64,000 nt of DNA, taken from positions 1 through 64,000 of the forward strand of contig JBHLRZ010000016.1 of assembly GCA_048882045.1 (NCBI GenBank), read 5' to 3'. Shown in pieces: positions 41,086-50,067 of the stretch. The stretch is from Candidatus Thorarchaeota archaeon. Its GTDB lineage: Archaea; Asgardarchaeota; Thorarchaeia; Thorarchaeales; Thorarchaeaceae. The notes under the pieces are model-generated. The model searched no databases. It was not told the origin of the DNA and saw nothing but the letters and a program-made list of their open reading frames with translations. Made by a program: the position numbers and the translations under genes. Each line of letters opens with the position of its first letter. Position 1 is the stretch's first letter.

Positions 41086-42756
41086 TCACTCAAGCTCAGC
41101 TTTCTTCGATTCGAGTAGTTGTGTTATTTCATTTCTTAGAGACCTTGCCACTACAAGTGCCATTTCGATCTTCTCAGGAGTTGAGGGGCGAGCTTCATCT
41201 GCGAGAAATGGATTACCTAGAACCTTAGTTGTTTCTGACTGAATGTGGGTGACATCCGTTCCTGATAGCGCCAGATGATCTGCAAGATCCTTGATCTTCC
41301 TCACACCATCTTTCACTTCTTTCCTTTTCGCGGCAATGTCATCCCATTCCCTGAGGCTCTCTTGAGCCTCAGTTTCGAGCTTTCGCTCCTGATTGGTCAG
41401 TTTTTCGGTGATTTCTGTTAGAACAGGCATCAGTTTTCCGCGTGCGAAAGCTTTCTTCTCAGCTTCCTTACTTTCTCTGACCTTTCTAATTAAGTTCTCA
41501 TCACCTACGATCGCATCGATAGTGTCAATCATTTCATTGACGATTTTTACTCTGGCTTTTGCAGAGTCCAATTCTCCTGCTTCAACCTCTGCACGACCTT
41601 GTTTCAAAGAAACTATTAGACTGTCTACTAATCTAACAAGTGGTTCCGATTCAAGGTCAGTCGTTTCAATAGTTTCTTTCAGAACACTCACTCTGCCATC
41701 TGTGACATCTGCATCTCGGAGCAACTTCTCAGATTCTTTGAAGTCTTTCAGAACTAGAGTTCCCGGACCGGCCTGGAGTGTGTAGGCTGTCTTGAGCTTG
41801 TCACTATAAGAACCTCGTACTATGACTGAGAACTCCTTCATTCCTTCAAGTGCTTGGGCAGATTTGAGAACCACTGCAAGATCAAGAGTGTCTCCAGGTG
41901 GCAGGACATTGACAGATTTGGTTCTCTCTCCGGATACCATCTGTAGCCCCTCATCGAAATGCCACTCGACAGAGAGACCTGTTGCCTCGCCATTACCATT
42001 GTTCTTAATCAGAACCTTAACAGGGAATTCCTCCGTAAATGTAAGATCAACAGGAAGAACCAGTTGAGAAGATAGCTTTGGAACCTTGAGCTTACCCCTC
42101 AGGAGCTCTCGAACCATATCGAGACCTCGGTCAACATATTTGCTAAACTCCTGACTGTTGGCACTCGCCAGAGCAGCTTTAAGTTCAGTCACTGCTGCAT
42201 TCTCTGCTGACGCAAATGCCTCAAGGTTGACTGACTGAATCGCACTCTCCAGCATCTGGGGAATCTGACTCAATCGAACAGTGGCAGGTAGCCTCAATTT
42301 TGAAGCATTCTCAGCAGCGAAACCTCGTGCCTTATAGAATCCATCAGCCTCTTTACCAATCATGATGTAAATCATACAACTAGCCATTGCGAGTGCAGTA
42401 CCCTTACTTGTTTCTGCATCTTCGCCCCACATGAGATGTTCATTAGAAGCCAACATTAGATCATCTGCTGCAATTTGATAGGCTTCGATGGCTTTTGTTG
42501 CATCGCCAATATCAGAAAAGACATCACCTGCTGCACACATGTTGAGTGCAGCCTTCTTGTAGCTCTTTGAACCACGATATTCATCTGCTGATTTCAGAAA
42601 TGCCTCAGCCGCCAGACCATATTCGTGGTCTGCAGTCGCGATATCTTTGTTCCGCTCAGCCTCAGCAGCTCTCATAAGATGCTGTCGTCCTGCGGACTGT
42701 CTAATCGTATCTTTCTGAGACTCCTCAATCCATCTCTTGGCACGCTCTTCCGACAC
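41086..42756 (-). CDS. Alpha-SNAP-like TPR plus Ig-like plus coiled-coil protein
   Basis: AAEAFLKSADEY...AALNMCAAGDVF...KAIEAYQIAAD; beta-sandwich VKVLIKNNGNGEA...YSD; C-terminal heptads. Confidence 0.65.
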   Translation of the reverse strand: MSEERAKRWIEESQKDTIRQSAGRQHLMRAAEAERNKDIATADHEYGLAAEAFLKSADEYRGSKSYKKAALNMCAAGDVFSDIGDATKAIEAYQIAADDLMLASNEHLMWGEDAETSKGTALAMASCMIYIMIGKEADGFYKARGFAAENASKLRLPATVRLSQIPQMLESAIQSVNLEAFASAENAAVTELKAALASANSQEFSKYVDRGLDMVRELLRGKLKVPKLSSQLVLPVDLTFTEEFPVKVLIKNNGNGEATGLSVEWHFDEGLQMVSGERTKSVNVLPPGDTLDLAVVLKSAQALEGMKEFSVIVRGSYSDKLKTAYTLQAGPGTLVLKDFKESEKLLRDADVTDGRVSVLKETIETTDLESEPLVRLVDSLIVSLKQGRAEVEAGELDSAKARVKIVNEMIDTIDAIVGDENLIRKVRESKEAEKKAFARGKLMPVLTEITEKLTNQERKLETEAQESLREWDDIAAKRKEVKDGVRKIKDLADHLALSGTDVTHIQSETTKVLGNPFLADEARPSTPEKIEMALVVARSLRNEITQLLESKKAELE

Positions 42757-42851
42757 TGTTTTTCTCTCTCCTTCTCAAGCTAAATACACGAGACGGTTTC
42801 AACCCTTCGCTTTGTTCGATGAGTCAAGACCTTATGCATTCCATGCGAATC

Positions 42852-43145
42852 CTAGTACACTTCACGTGGAGAGTGCCTGAGTCTATCAGGTAGTCCTCCA
42901 CCATGACCCTCTATCACAAGCTCGTATCCTCTTCCAATCCTACCCTTTGAGGCAGTCTGAAATCCAACCTTCTCAATACCGCGAGCATTGCGTTCCGCGG
43001 CTCTACGCTCGATCATGCTTGCTCCACCAGGAATGGCAAGAATGAGCTTCTTCAAGGATTCATCAACAGTCAGAGTGATTGGCATTGTAGGAGTGCCAGA
43101 GCACTCATGAAATTGGCTGTCCTTATACTCGAGTAAATGCTTCAT
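42852..43145 (-). CDS. Small single-domain gelsolin/cofilin-fold protein (ProGel-like)
   Basis: ITLTVDESLKKLILAIPGGASMIERRAAERNARGI aligns by eye with the gelsolin core of the 36075 ORF. Confidence 0.62.
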   Translation of the reverse strand: MKHLLEYKDSQFHECSGTPTMPITLTVDESLKKLILAIPGGASMIERRAAERNARGIEKVGFQTASKGRIGRGYELVIEGHGGGLPDRLRHSPREVY

Positions 43146-43231
43146 TTGAACTATTACACCATCCAAAGGTCAGTTCTGGACAAATCCCCCACGTGGTTAC
43201 ATATTAGGATTTGGCGGATGAAATGATTGCA

Positions 43232-43277
43232 GAAATAAAGAAGAATTGAGCCCAGGACCCGAGGGTCCAAAGGCTCA
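43232..43277 (-). terminator. Hairpin plus U-tract terminator
   Basis: TGAGCC..GGACCC / GGGTCC..GGCTCA stems; TTCTTCTTTATTT follows on the minus strand. Confidence 0.6.
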
Positions 43278-43299
43278 GAAGTAACACGATATACTAGGT

Positions 43300-43575
43300 T
43301 TAGTCCGGCGGCGGGGGTGGTGGTGGTGTATCATCGAGCTTAGTGTCGACCGGTCTAAGTACCGAATCGCGCTTCTTCCTTGTGAAGACAAAGCCAACAA
43401 TAATCAACAACAATCCTAAGATTGCCACAACAGCACCAATCATCATTGTGTAGCCAGGGATGAGATCATATCCCGCCCCAGGTAACAATGCGAGAATGGC
43501 ACCGCCAATCACTAAAAGCGCACCAAGACACACGGGTCCTGAACGCGTATACTCACGCCATGTCAAGTAGCTCAA
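43300..43575 (-). CDS. Small 2-TM protein with C-terminal heptaproline
   Basis: Two TM helices, RKKR, terminal TPPPPPPPD. Confidence 0.75.
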   Translation of the reverse strand: MSYLTWREYTRSGPVCLGALLVIGGAILALLPGAGYDLIPGYTMMIGAVVAILGLLLIIVGFVFTRKKRDSVLRPVDTKLDDTPPPPPPPD

Positions 43576-43675
43576 TTTTCTAAGCTCCTACTCGAGACTT
43601 ACCACGCGGTCTCGTCTAAACAAGATGAGTCATACGTAGCGATTTAAGATTATTGGGTAAATAACACTGCAAGAA

Positions 43676-44545
43676 TCATTCAAAGGCTATGCTCACGATG
43701 CATCCAGTTGATGAAGTATTTACACTGACTTTTGCTCCAGTCAGTTCACTCAACCTCTTTGCTATTTTCTCGTGAAATGTGCATGGATAACCAGCTGGAA
43801 TCTTTGATGCCTTGGGATCCATCTCATGACAGGTTGTTAGTAGCTTGCAAGTACCAGTCTCGACAGTTGCTGTACCAGTGCCAGTCTTGGGTAGTTGACT
43901 CTCATTTGAACAACTCTGAATCAGCGAGGCGAATTTTATGAGTGCTGTTGGAGGCTCATTTGGATTTGACATGGCCCAGCGATAGATCAGAGCATCAACT
44001 ACTCTGTTGAACATGTTATCGAGATGTCCCTTTGGCAACTCTGAGGCATATGCGGCAATCTCACATATCATTGCTGCGTGTGCTTCGACATTCATTGCCC
44101 AAGCTGCTTCGTCCTTTACTCGGTGAAGTGGGGGAATCTCTCCTATTCTCATGTCTGGCAGATCTGCAGAGGTAGCTGATTCCTCAATTGCAACCTCTCC
44201 CTTCTCAGCAGCAGCAATGCCACCGATTGTGGTACCATCTTCATATGTCAAATCAGGTATTTCGTAGTTCGGACATACTCCAGCAGTCTGATATTTCCTC
44301 GCAAACTGCATCAGTCTTCCTGCCATTTGGGCTACAGCATATCTACTTAGACCTTCAAATCGGATGTTGCCATAAGCTATACCTACCATATTCTCAAGGT
44401 CAAGTTCAGGCATAGTCTTCTCTGCGAGTATCTTCTTACCTCTGACGATTCGCATCGCCCACATTTCATTCATGACTCCCGCCTGAGCACCATAGCTTGT
44501 ATTTGGAATTCCGACGAGTGGGGAAACGGGATAGAAATCACTCAT
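43676..44545 (-). CDS. Hypothetical protein with C-terminal V4R/Bet3-like domain
   Basis: C-terminal TVE..TC...PC.FH...GCIVSI pattern; unrecognised N-terminal domain. Confidence 0.55.
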   Translation of the reverse strand: MSDFYPVSPLVGIPNTSYGAQAGVMNEMWAMRIVRGKKILAEKTMPELDLENMVGIAYGNIRFEGLSRYAVAQMAGRLMQFARKYQTAGVCPNYEIPDLTYEDGTTIGGIAAAEKGEVAIEESATSADLPDMRIGEIPPLHRVKDEAAWAMNVEAHAAMICEIAAYASELPKGHLDNMFNRVVDALIYRWAMSNPNEPPTALIKFASLIQSCSNESQLPKTGTGTATVETGTCKLLTTCHEMDPKASKIPAGYPCTFHEKIAKRLSELTGAKVSVNTSSTGCIVSIAFE

Positions 44546-44617
44546 ATTACAGCCTCAATATCCACTGTTCTGAAAATCATGGTCAAATGTGATTCAAAAG
44601 GGTATTGTGGTTGTATG

Positions 44618-44666
44618 AAAAGAAAAGTGGAAACTGGATGGTCATTCGCATCCAGTCTGTTTCCAC
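44618..44666 (-). terminator. Terminator of hsp20-cdc48
   Basis: GTGGAAAC / GTTTCCAC and TGGATG / CATCCA stems, then TTTTCTTTT on the minus strand. Confidence 0.7.
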
Positions 44667-46852
44667 TACACGTAACCTGGGAGGTCCATGTCTTTCTGTG
44701 GTTTTCGCTTCTTCACTGATTCAGCCAATGCTAGGAATCTCTTGACATCATCTGGAGAGATGCTTGGTCGAACTTCCTTCAGAGCTTCATCGAAGTGTTT
44801 CATCTGCACAGGTTTTGCCTTCCAGTCATCCCGGACTGCAGCCATTGCAGCCTCACGAACAAGACCTTCGATATCCGCACCCGAGTATCCTTCGGTTTCA
44901 TCAGCCAGCTTTTCAAGACTTACGTCATCTGCAAGAGGCATTTCACGAGTATGAACTCTGAGAATCTCTAATCTCGCGTCTGTATCTGGAGGTGGAACGA
45001 ATAGAACTCCATCAAATCTGCCAGGCCTTAAAACCGCAGGATCTAGGATGTCCGCTCTGTTTGTCGCACCGATTACCAACACATTCTGTAAAGTCTGCAT
45101 ACCATCAAGCTCTGCAAGGAATTGGTTCACAATTCTCTGACTCACACCGGTGTCATCTGCTCGACTTCTTGTACTCATAATTGCATCAATTTCGTCAAAG
45201 AACAGAACACAAGGAGCAGTCTGTCGGGCTTTTTTGAAGATCTCGCGGACAGCTTTTTCCGACTCACCAACGTACTTGTTGAAGATTTCAGGACCTCGTA
45301 CAGAAATGAAGTTAGCTTCACTCTCTGTAGCTACAGCTTTTGCTAGTAGAGTCTTTCCGGTACCTGGAGGGCCGAAGAGGAGAACTCCTTTTGGAGTTCG
45401 AATTCCCATTTCCTCGAAGACTTCAGGATGTTTCAATGGGGCTTCAACAGCCTCTCGCAATTGCATCTTGACTTTTGTTAGACCACCAACATCGTCCCAT
45501 CGGACATTCGGCTTTTCTACAAGAACTTCTCTCAAAGCAGAGGGAGTTACTTCAGATAGAGCCATATCAAAGTCAGCTTGTGTCACATACAGATTCGTTA
45601 GAATATCTGCAGGAATGTCACCAGTTTCAGGGTCAACATGAGGAAGGACTCTTCTGAGAGCCTGCATTGCGGCTTCCCTTGCGAGGGCGGCAAGATCTGC
45701 ACCCACGAATCCATGGGTCACAGCGGCTAGTCTTTCTAGGTCAAGATCTTCTTCGAGTGGCATTGCTCTGGTATGAATCTGAAGGATTTCCAATCTGCCC
45801 TGCTTATCAGGGACTCCTATCACAATCTCTCGATCGAAACGGCCAGGTCTTCGTAACGCTTCGTCAATATCATCAGGTCTGTTTGATGCTCCAATGACTA
45901 TTACTTGTCCTCTCCCCGTTAGACCATCCATGAGAGCGAGTAATTGTGCCACAACGCGTCGTTCAACCTCACCAGTGACCTCCGCGCGTTTGGGAGCAAT
46001 ACTATCTAGTTCATCAATGAAAATGATAGTTGGTGCATTCTTTTCAGCATCTTCAAATGTTTCCCTAAGTTTCTGTTCTGATTCTCCATAGAATTTGGAC
46101 ATAATTTCTGGTCCATTAATTACCTTGAAATTCGCACCAGATTCATTTGCAACAGCTTTCGCAATGAGTGTCTTTCCTGTTCCGGGAGGGCCCATCAAGA
46201 GGACACCCTTAGGAGGAGAAATACCTAGACGCTTGAAAAGCTCTGGTGACTTCATTGGAAGTTCTACCATTTCACGGATTTTCGTCAGTTCCTTTCCCAG
46301 ACCACCAATGTCTTCATAGGTCACATCGGGAACTGAAACATCTTCAGGTTTCGCTGGTTTTGTTAGCACCTCAACAGTTGTTGCTGGTGTTACTCGAACG
46401 TGTTTACTTGGAGAAACCGTTGTTGCTGTGAATTGTAATCCTTGACCAATTGAGGAGATGAGAATCACATCACCTCTAGTGATTGGTTTGTTGATTATCT
46501 GTTGTTTCACATAGTTTTCGAATCCTTGTTGAAAACGGACAGGTTGACTAGGAGCCAGTACTATTCTGGCTGCTTCAGGAACATTTGTCTTACTAACCTC
46601 AACCATCTCACCGAGTCTCGCTCCTGCATTATTACGAATCAGACCATCCATCCTGACCATATCAAGAACTTCATCTTCTTTGAGACTAGGCCATGCAACT
46701 GCTACAGTTTCTCTAGTGCCTTTCAAAAGTACATAATCACCTGAACGGATGTCCAAGTGGTTTCTAACATCAGAATTTAATCTCACAATTCCGCGGCCCT
46801 GATCCTTCGGCATGGCAGCCGCTACTTTTAGACGAACTGAATCTTCACTCAT
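44666..46852 (-). CDS. cdc48: CDC48/VCP/p97 family AAA+ ATPase
   Basis: N-domain, two GPPGTGKT Walker A motifs, IIFIDE / LFFDE, RPGRFD twice, C-terminal GYV (HbYX-like). Confidence 0.97.
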   Translation of the reverse strand: MSEDSVRLKVAAAMPKDQGRGIVRLNSDVRNHLDIRSGDYVLLKGTRETVAVAWPSLKEDEVLDMVRMDGLIRNNAGARLGEMVEVSKTNVPEAARIVLAPSQPVRFQQGFENYVKQQIINKPITRGDVILISSIGQGLQFTATTVSPSKHVRVTPATTVEVLTKPAKPEDVSVPDVTYEDIGGLGKELTKIREMVELPMKSPELFKRLGISPPKGVLLMGPPGTGKTLIAKAVANESGANFKVINGPEIMSKFYGESEQKLRETFEDAEKNAPTIIFIDELDSIAPKRAEVTGEVERRVVAQLLALMDGLTGRGQVIVIGASNRPDDIDEALRRPGRFDREIVIGVPDKQGRLEILQIHTRAMPLEEDLDLERLAAVTHGFVGADLAALAREAAMQALRRVLPHVDPETGDIPADILTNLYVTQADFDMALSEVTPSALREVLVEKPNVRWDDVGGLTKVKMQLREAVEAPLKHPEVFEEMGIRTPKGVLLFGPPGTGKTLLAKAVATESEANFISVRGPEIFNKYVGESEKAVREIFKKARQTAPCVLFFDEIDAIMSTRSRADDTGVSQRIVNQFLAELDGMQTLQNVLVIGATNRADILDPAVLRPGRFDGVLFVPPPDTDARLEILRVHTREMPLADDVSLEKLADETEGYSGADIEGLVREAAMAAVRDDWKAKPVQMKHFDEALKEVRPSISPDDVKRFLALAESVKKRKPQKDMDLPGYV

Positions 46853-46863
46853 TCCCTCACTCT

Positions 46864-47310
46864 CTATTCAATTCTCAGGTATCCTTCACTGGTTTCCTGC
46901 TCTTCTGATCTTACAGCAGTAATCTCAATCACACCGTTACGATAGGATACTGTCGACATCTCTTGGTCCACATTGAACCCAGGATGTAGGTGAATGTCTT
47001 GCTTGTTGGAACCAATCTTGACAATGATTTCTTCACCATTTACCTTCACTTTAGGCACAAAGTCAGAAGAAAACTGACCCTGAACTAGGAACATGACACT
47101 ATTTCCTAAATCAATCTCCTCCACATGTGCTTCATCATTATGTTGCTCGATGTTCTGTTCGAGCGGGTCATTGACAAATGAGCCAGACCATGATCTAAAT
47201 GTACCATTACCTTCAGGTAATTGTCCAAAGGCCTCTCTGAATTGTTCCATCATTTTTCGGAAAACTGACTCAAAGTCATCATCTATCATGTTTGGAAAAA
47301 TACCTCCCAT
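46864..47310 (-). CDS. hsp20: Small heat-shock protein (Hsp20/alpha-crystallin-like, divergent)
   Basis: DDDFESVFRKM N-terminus, SYRNGVIEI, C-terminal LRIE (IxI-like); alternative start at 47289. Confidence 0.75.
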   Translation of the reverse strand: MGGIFPNMIDDDFESVFRKMMEQFREAFGQLPEGNGTFRSWSGSFVNDPLEQNIEQHNDEAHVEEIDLGNSVMFLVQGQFSSDFVPKVKVNGEEIIVKIGSNKQDIHLHPGFNVDQEMSTVSYRNGVIEITAVRSEEQETSEGYLRIE

Positions 47311-47313
47311 TAC

Positions 47314-47363
47314 GAAGCCCCGGGCGGCTGATGCCGCCCTTCCGAGTCACCGATTGGGGCTCC
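47314..47363 (-). ncRNA. Candidate structured cis-regulatory leader RNA (three-way junction) of hsp20-cdc48
   Basis: P1 GGAGCCCC / GGGGCUUC, P2 UCGG-UGAC-UCGG, P3 GGGCGGC-AUCA-GCCGCCC; wobble pairs form only on the minus strand. Confidence 0.55.
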
Positions 47364-47368
47364 CTTTC

Positions 47369-47422
47369 TGTACTGTCTTGTCAGTCAGTACTAAGATACC
47401 ATGTGGTACAATAGCATATAAG
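47369..47422 (-). promoter_or_regulatory. hsp20-cdc48 promoter: TATA-like CTTATATG plus WGTACW-N12-WGTACW palindrome
   Basis: TGTACT-N12-AGTACT at 47369-47392; TATA-like box at 47415-47422 on the minus strand. Confidence 0.5.
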
Positions 47423-47582
47423 GATTTGGAAGTAGGCCTACTCAGGATATGGGTTTCTTCCTTTGTCTCATGACATATTGTACACTCTAATAGTGTGAGT
47501 TTACTCAAAAATCATTGCTGATGTCACAGAGATATGGATATATTGGGCAAATTCTGCCATATGATAGACTGGTGTAACCACA

Positions 47583-48455
47583 TTGCCAACATGCTCTCTG
47601 TGCGGCACTGAAGATTTGAGCTTCACATGCCCGTACTGCAATGGAGTGTTCTGCTCAGAACACAGACTTCCAGAGAGTCATGGTTGTCCTGGGATGCATA
47701 GAGTACGTGAGGACGCACGGCGAAAAGTTACAGGAAAAACTGATTCTGAGGACATGAACGTTACTTTTTCTATTCGCGAGCGAAGGAAACCCCAACGACA
47801 AAGACGCCGAAGGCGTAGATTCTCGTCTACTGAACTTCGTGATCTAACCATTGCTGCGGTTCTTGTAATTCTGGTTGGGATATCCATATTCGGTTCCCCA
47901 TATGGTATCTTTCGTGCTATAGATGTTCTAGGGTACTACTTGAGCCTCGGTCTGTGGTGGTTGCCCGTAGGAAGTATTCTCATCTTTCTATTCTCATTCA
48001 TGGCGCATGAACTAGCTCACAAGTTCGTCGCGCAGAGCTTTGGAGCTTGGTCAGAGTTCAGAATGTTGCCTACTGGATACATCCTCTCAGCAATGGCAAT
48101 TCTCTTTTCAGTGCCAATCTTTGGAACTGGAGTGGTTTATTCTAGCGGAATGTCGAATAGAGAACAAGTAGGGAAGACAAACCTTGCAGGTCCTTTGACC
48201 AATTTTATTCTAGCTGCTATACTAATGATTACTGCATTGACAATGTCAGTGTTCGCTCCTCTGGGTGTTATAGGCTTGCTATTTCGTTTTGGGATTCAGT
48301 TGAATGCATTCCTTGGACTCTTCAACATGATTCCATTCCAACCCTTTGATGGAGCATCCATTAGAAACTGGAGTAACAAAGTTTGGATTGCCCAAGCAGT
48401 TGGACTTGTGTTCATGCTCATTCTTGGCTATGCATTTCCCTACCTAGTACTATGA
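47583..48455 (+). CDS. AN1-type zinc finger fused to an M50 site-2 intramembrane protease
   Basis: CSLC...CPYC...FCSEHRLPESHGC; HELAH; AGP..N; FNMIPFQPFDG. Confidence 0.9.
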   Translation: MPTCSLCGTEDLSFTCPYCNGVFCSEHRLPESHGCPGMHRVREDARRKVTGKTDSEDMNVTFSIRERRKPQRQRRRRRRFSSTELRDLTIAAVLVILVGISIFGSPYGIFRAIDVLGYYLSLGLWWLPVGSILIFLFSFMAHELAHKFVAQSFGAWSEFRMLPTGYILSAMAILFSVPIFGTGVVYSSGMSNREQVGKTNLAGPLTNFILAAILMITALTMSVFAPLGVIGLLFRFGIQLNAFLGLFNMIPFQPFDGASIRNWSNKVWIAQAVGLVFMLILGYAFPYLVL

Positions 48456-48531
48456 AGTGTTGCGTCAATAATACCACGCTTCATAGCAGAATATTATACA
48501 GACACCTTGAAACTTTCAGGGGATTGACCAA

Positions 48532-50067
48532 TTGCTCACACCTAAGGGATACAGCACTGACATCACCGAGCTATCAGTTTCAGCCTGGTTCTACCGTAAC
48601 CGGACTATCGCGGGTTTTGACAATCCCGCTCGTTCACTCTATGTTTCTATTCGCGAGCTCGTTGAGAACAGTCTTGATGCATGTGAGGATGAACGCGTCT
48701 TACCAGATGTGAGTGTCTTCCTACGGCGTGTGAGTGAAGCTAGCGACGATATGTTGAGTTCAGGACCAGAAATCTTCGAACTCACTGTGAAAGATAATGG
48801 GATGGGAATCAAACGAGAAGACATCCCAGTTCTGATTGGGAAAATGCTGACAGGAACCAAGTTTACACTCAGACAAAGCCGAGGAACTTTTGGGCTGGGA
48901 GGAAGTCTGGCACTTCTCTACGGACAAGTGACCACCCAAGAACCAATAGAAGTTGTGACTGGACAGAAGTACGAGCCTACTGGACACAGAATTGTCATGC
49001 GTCTTGATATCGATACAAATCAACCAGTCATTCTCAAAGAGGAATCAATTCCCAAGAGTCCAGATGAGATGGGCACGATGGTTTCATTCCAGCTCCAAGG
49101 AGACTGGATAAGGAGTAAACGAAGAATCATTGACTATTTCTCTCAGACAGCCATAATTGTCCCCCATGCATCACTGTTCTTCGAAACTCCTGATAGGGAG
49201 GTTTTCAGATTTGATAGACTTATAGATAGACTACCAGTTTCGCCAAAGGAGATGGAACCTCATCCGAGAGGTATCGATGTTGAGATGCTCAAGAAGATGA
49301 TTGGGGTCAGTCGTGCAAAGACTCTCAAATCATTCATGAAGAATTCTTTCCAACGTGTAGGAGATTCTATTGCGGATGATTTTCTCCAATATGCGAAGCT
49401 AGATAGCGAGAGGTCTCCGAAGTCGTTAGGGCAACCCGATTTAGTGTCAATGATGAACTCATTTGTTAGTTATGAGAAATTCCTCCCTCCCTCACCTAAA
49501 TCCCTATCACCAGCTGGTACTGAGTTGCTTATGGCAGGTGTTCAGAGACTCTCTCCAGACCTTGCTGTATTCAAGAAACGAGCCCCAAATGTCTATGAAG
49601 GACATCCATTCATAATTGAAACAGGTGTAGCATACAGAGGAGGTCTTGGAGCGGGAATTAAGATCTTTAGATTCGCAAACCGTATCCCTCTGCTCTATGA
49701 TGAAAGCTCAGATGTTTCATACCGAGTAGTGAGAAACCTCAATTTGAAACATTATGGTCTCCGTCAAGAAGATCCGATTGCGTTCGTCATCCACATCTGC
49801 TCAACAAAGGTCCCGTTCAAGACTGTAGGCAAGGAGTACATAGCTGACGTAGATGTTGTACGAAGAGAGATCGAGCTGGGATTCAAGGAATGTCTTCGTG
49901 AGATCAGTGAGAAGGTGAGGAAACGAGAAAGATTCCACAAACAGCGTAAGAGAGAGACGAAACTGTTCCAGTATTATCAGTTCATGTCTGAAACGTTGGC
50001 CTCAGCCCTAATGAGAGATGTCTCAGCGAAGTCTCTATTCATGATAAGTGGAGATGATACTGATTGA
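48532..50067 (+). CDS. top6B: DNA topoisomerase VI subunit B
   Basis: RELVENSLDA, DNGMGI, QSRGTFGLG, H2TH, RFANRIPLLYD, STKVPFKT.GKE. Confidence 0.95.
   Translation: MLTPKGYSTDITELSVSAWFYRNRTIAGFDNPARSLYVSIRELVENSLDACEDERVLPDVSVFLRRVSEASDDMLSSGPEIFELTVKDNGMGIKREDIPVLIGKMLTGTKFTLRQSRGTFGLGGSLALLYGQVTTQEPIEVVTGQKYEPTGHRIVMRLDIDTNQPVILKEESIPKSPDEMGTMVSFQLQGDWIRSKRRIIDYFSQTAIIVPHASLFFETPDREVFRFDRLIDRLPVSPKEMEPHPRGIDVEMLKKMIGVSRAKTLKSFMKNSFQRVGDSIADDFLQYAKLDSERSPKSLGQPDLVSMMNSFVSYEKFLPPSPKSLSPAGTELLMAGVQRLSPDLAVFKKRAPNVYEGHPFIIETGVAYRGGLGAGIKIFRFANRIPLLYDESSDVSYRVVRNLNLKHYGLRQEDPIAFVIHICSTKVPFKTVGKEYIADVDVVRREIELGFKECLREISEKVRKRERFHKQRKRETKLFQYYQFMSETLASALMRDVSAKSLFMISGDDTD

Noticed and set aside
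47314-47363. Hammerhead ribozyme or tRNA fragment (CTGATG on the plus strand)
   Set aside because: CTGATG sits in a hairpin loop, there is no GAAA core or T-arm, and wobble pairs favour the minus strand
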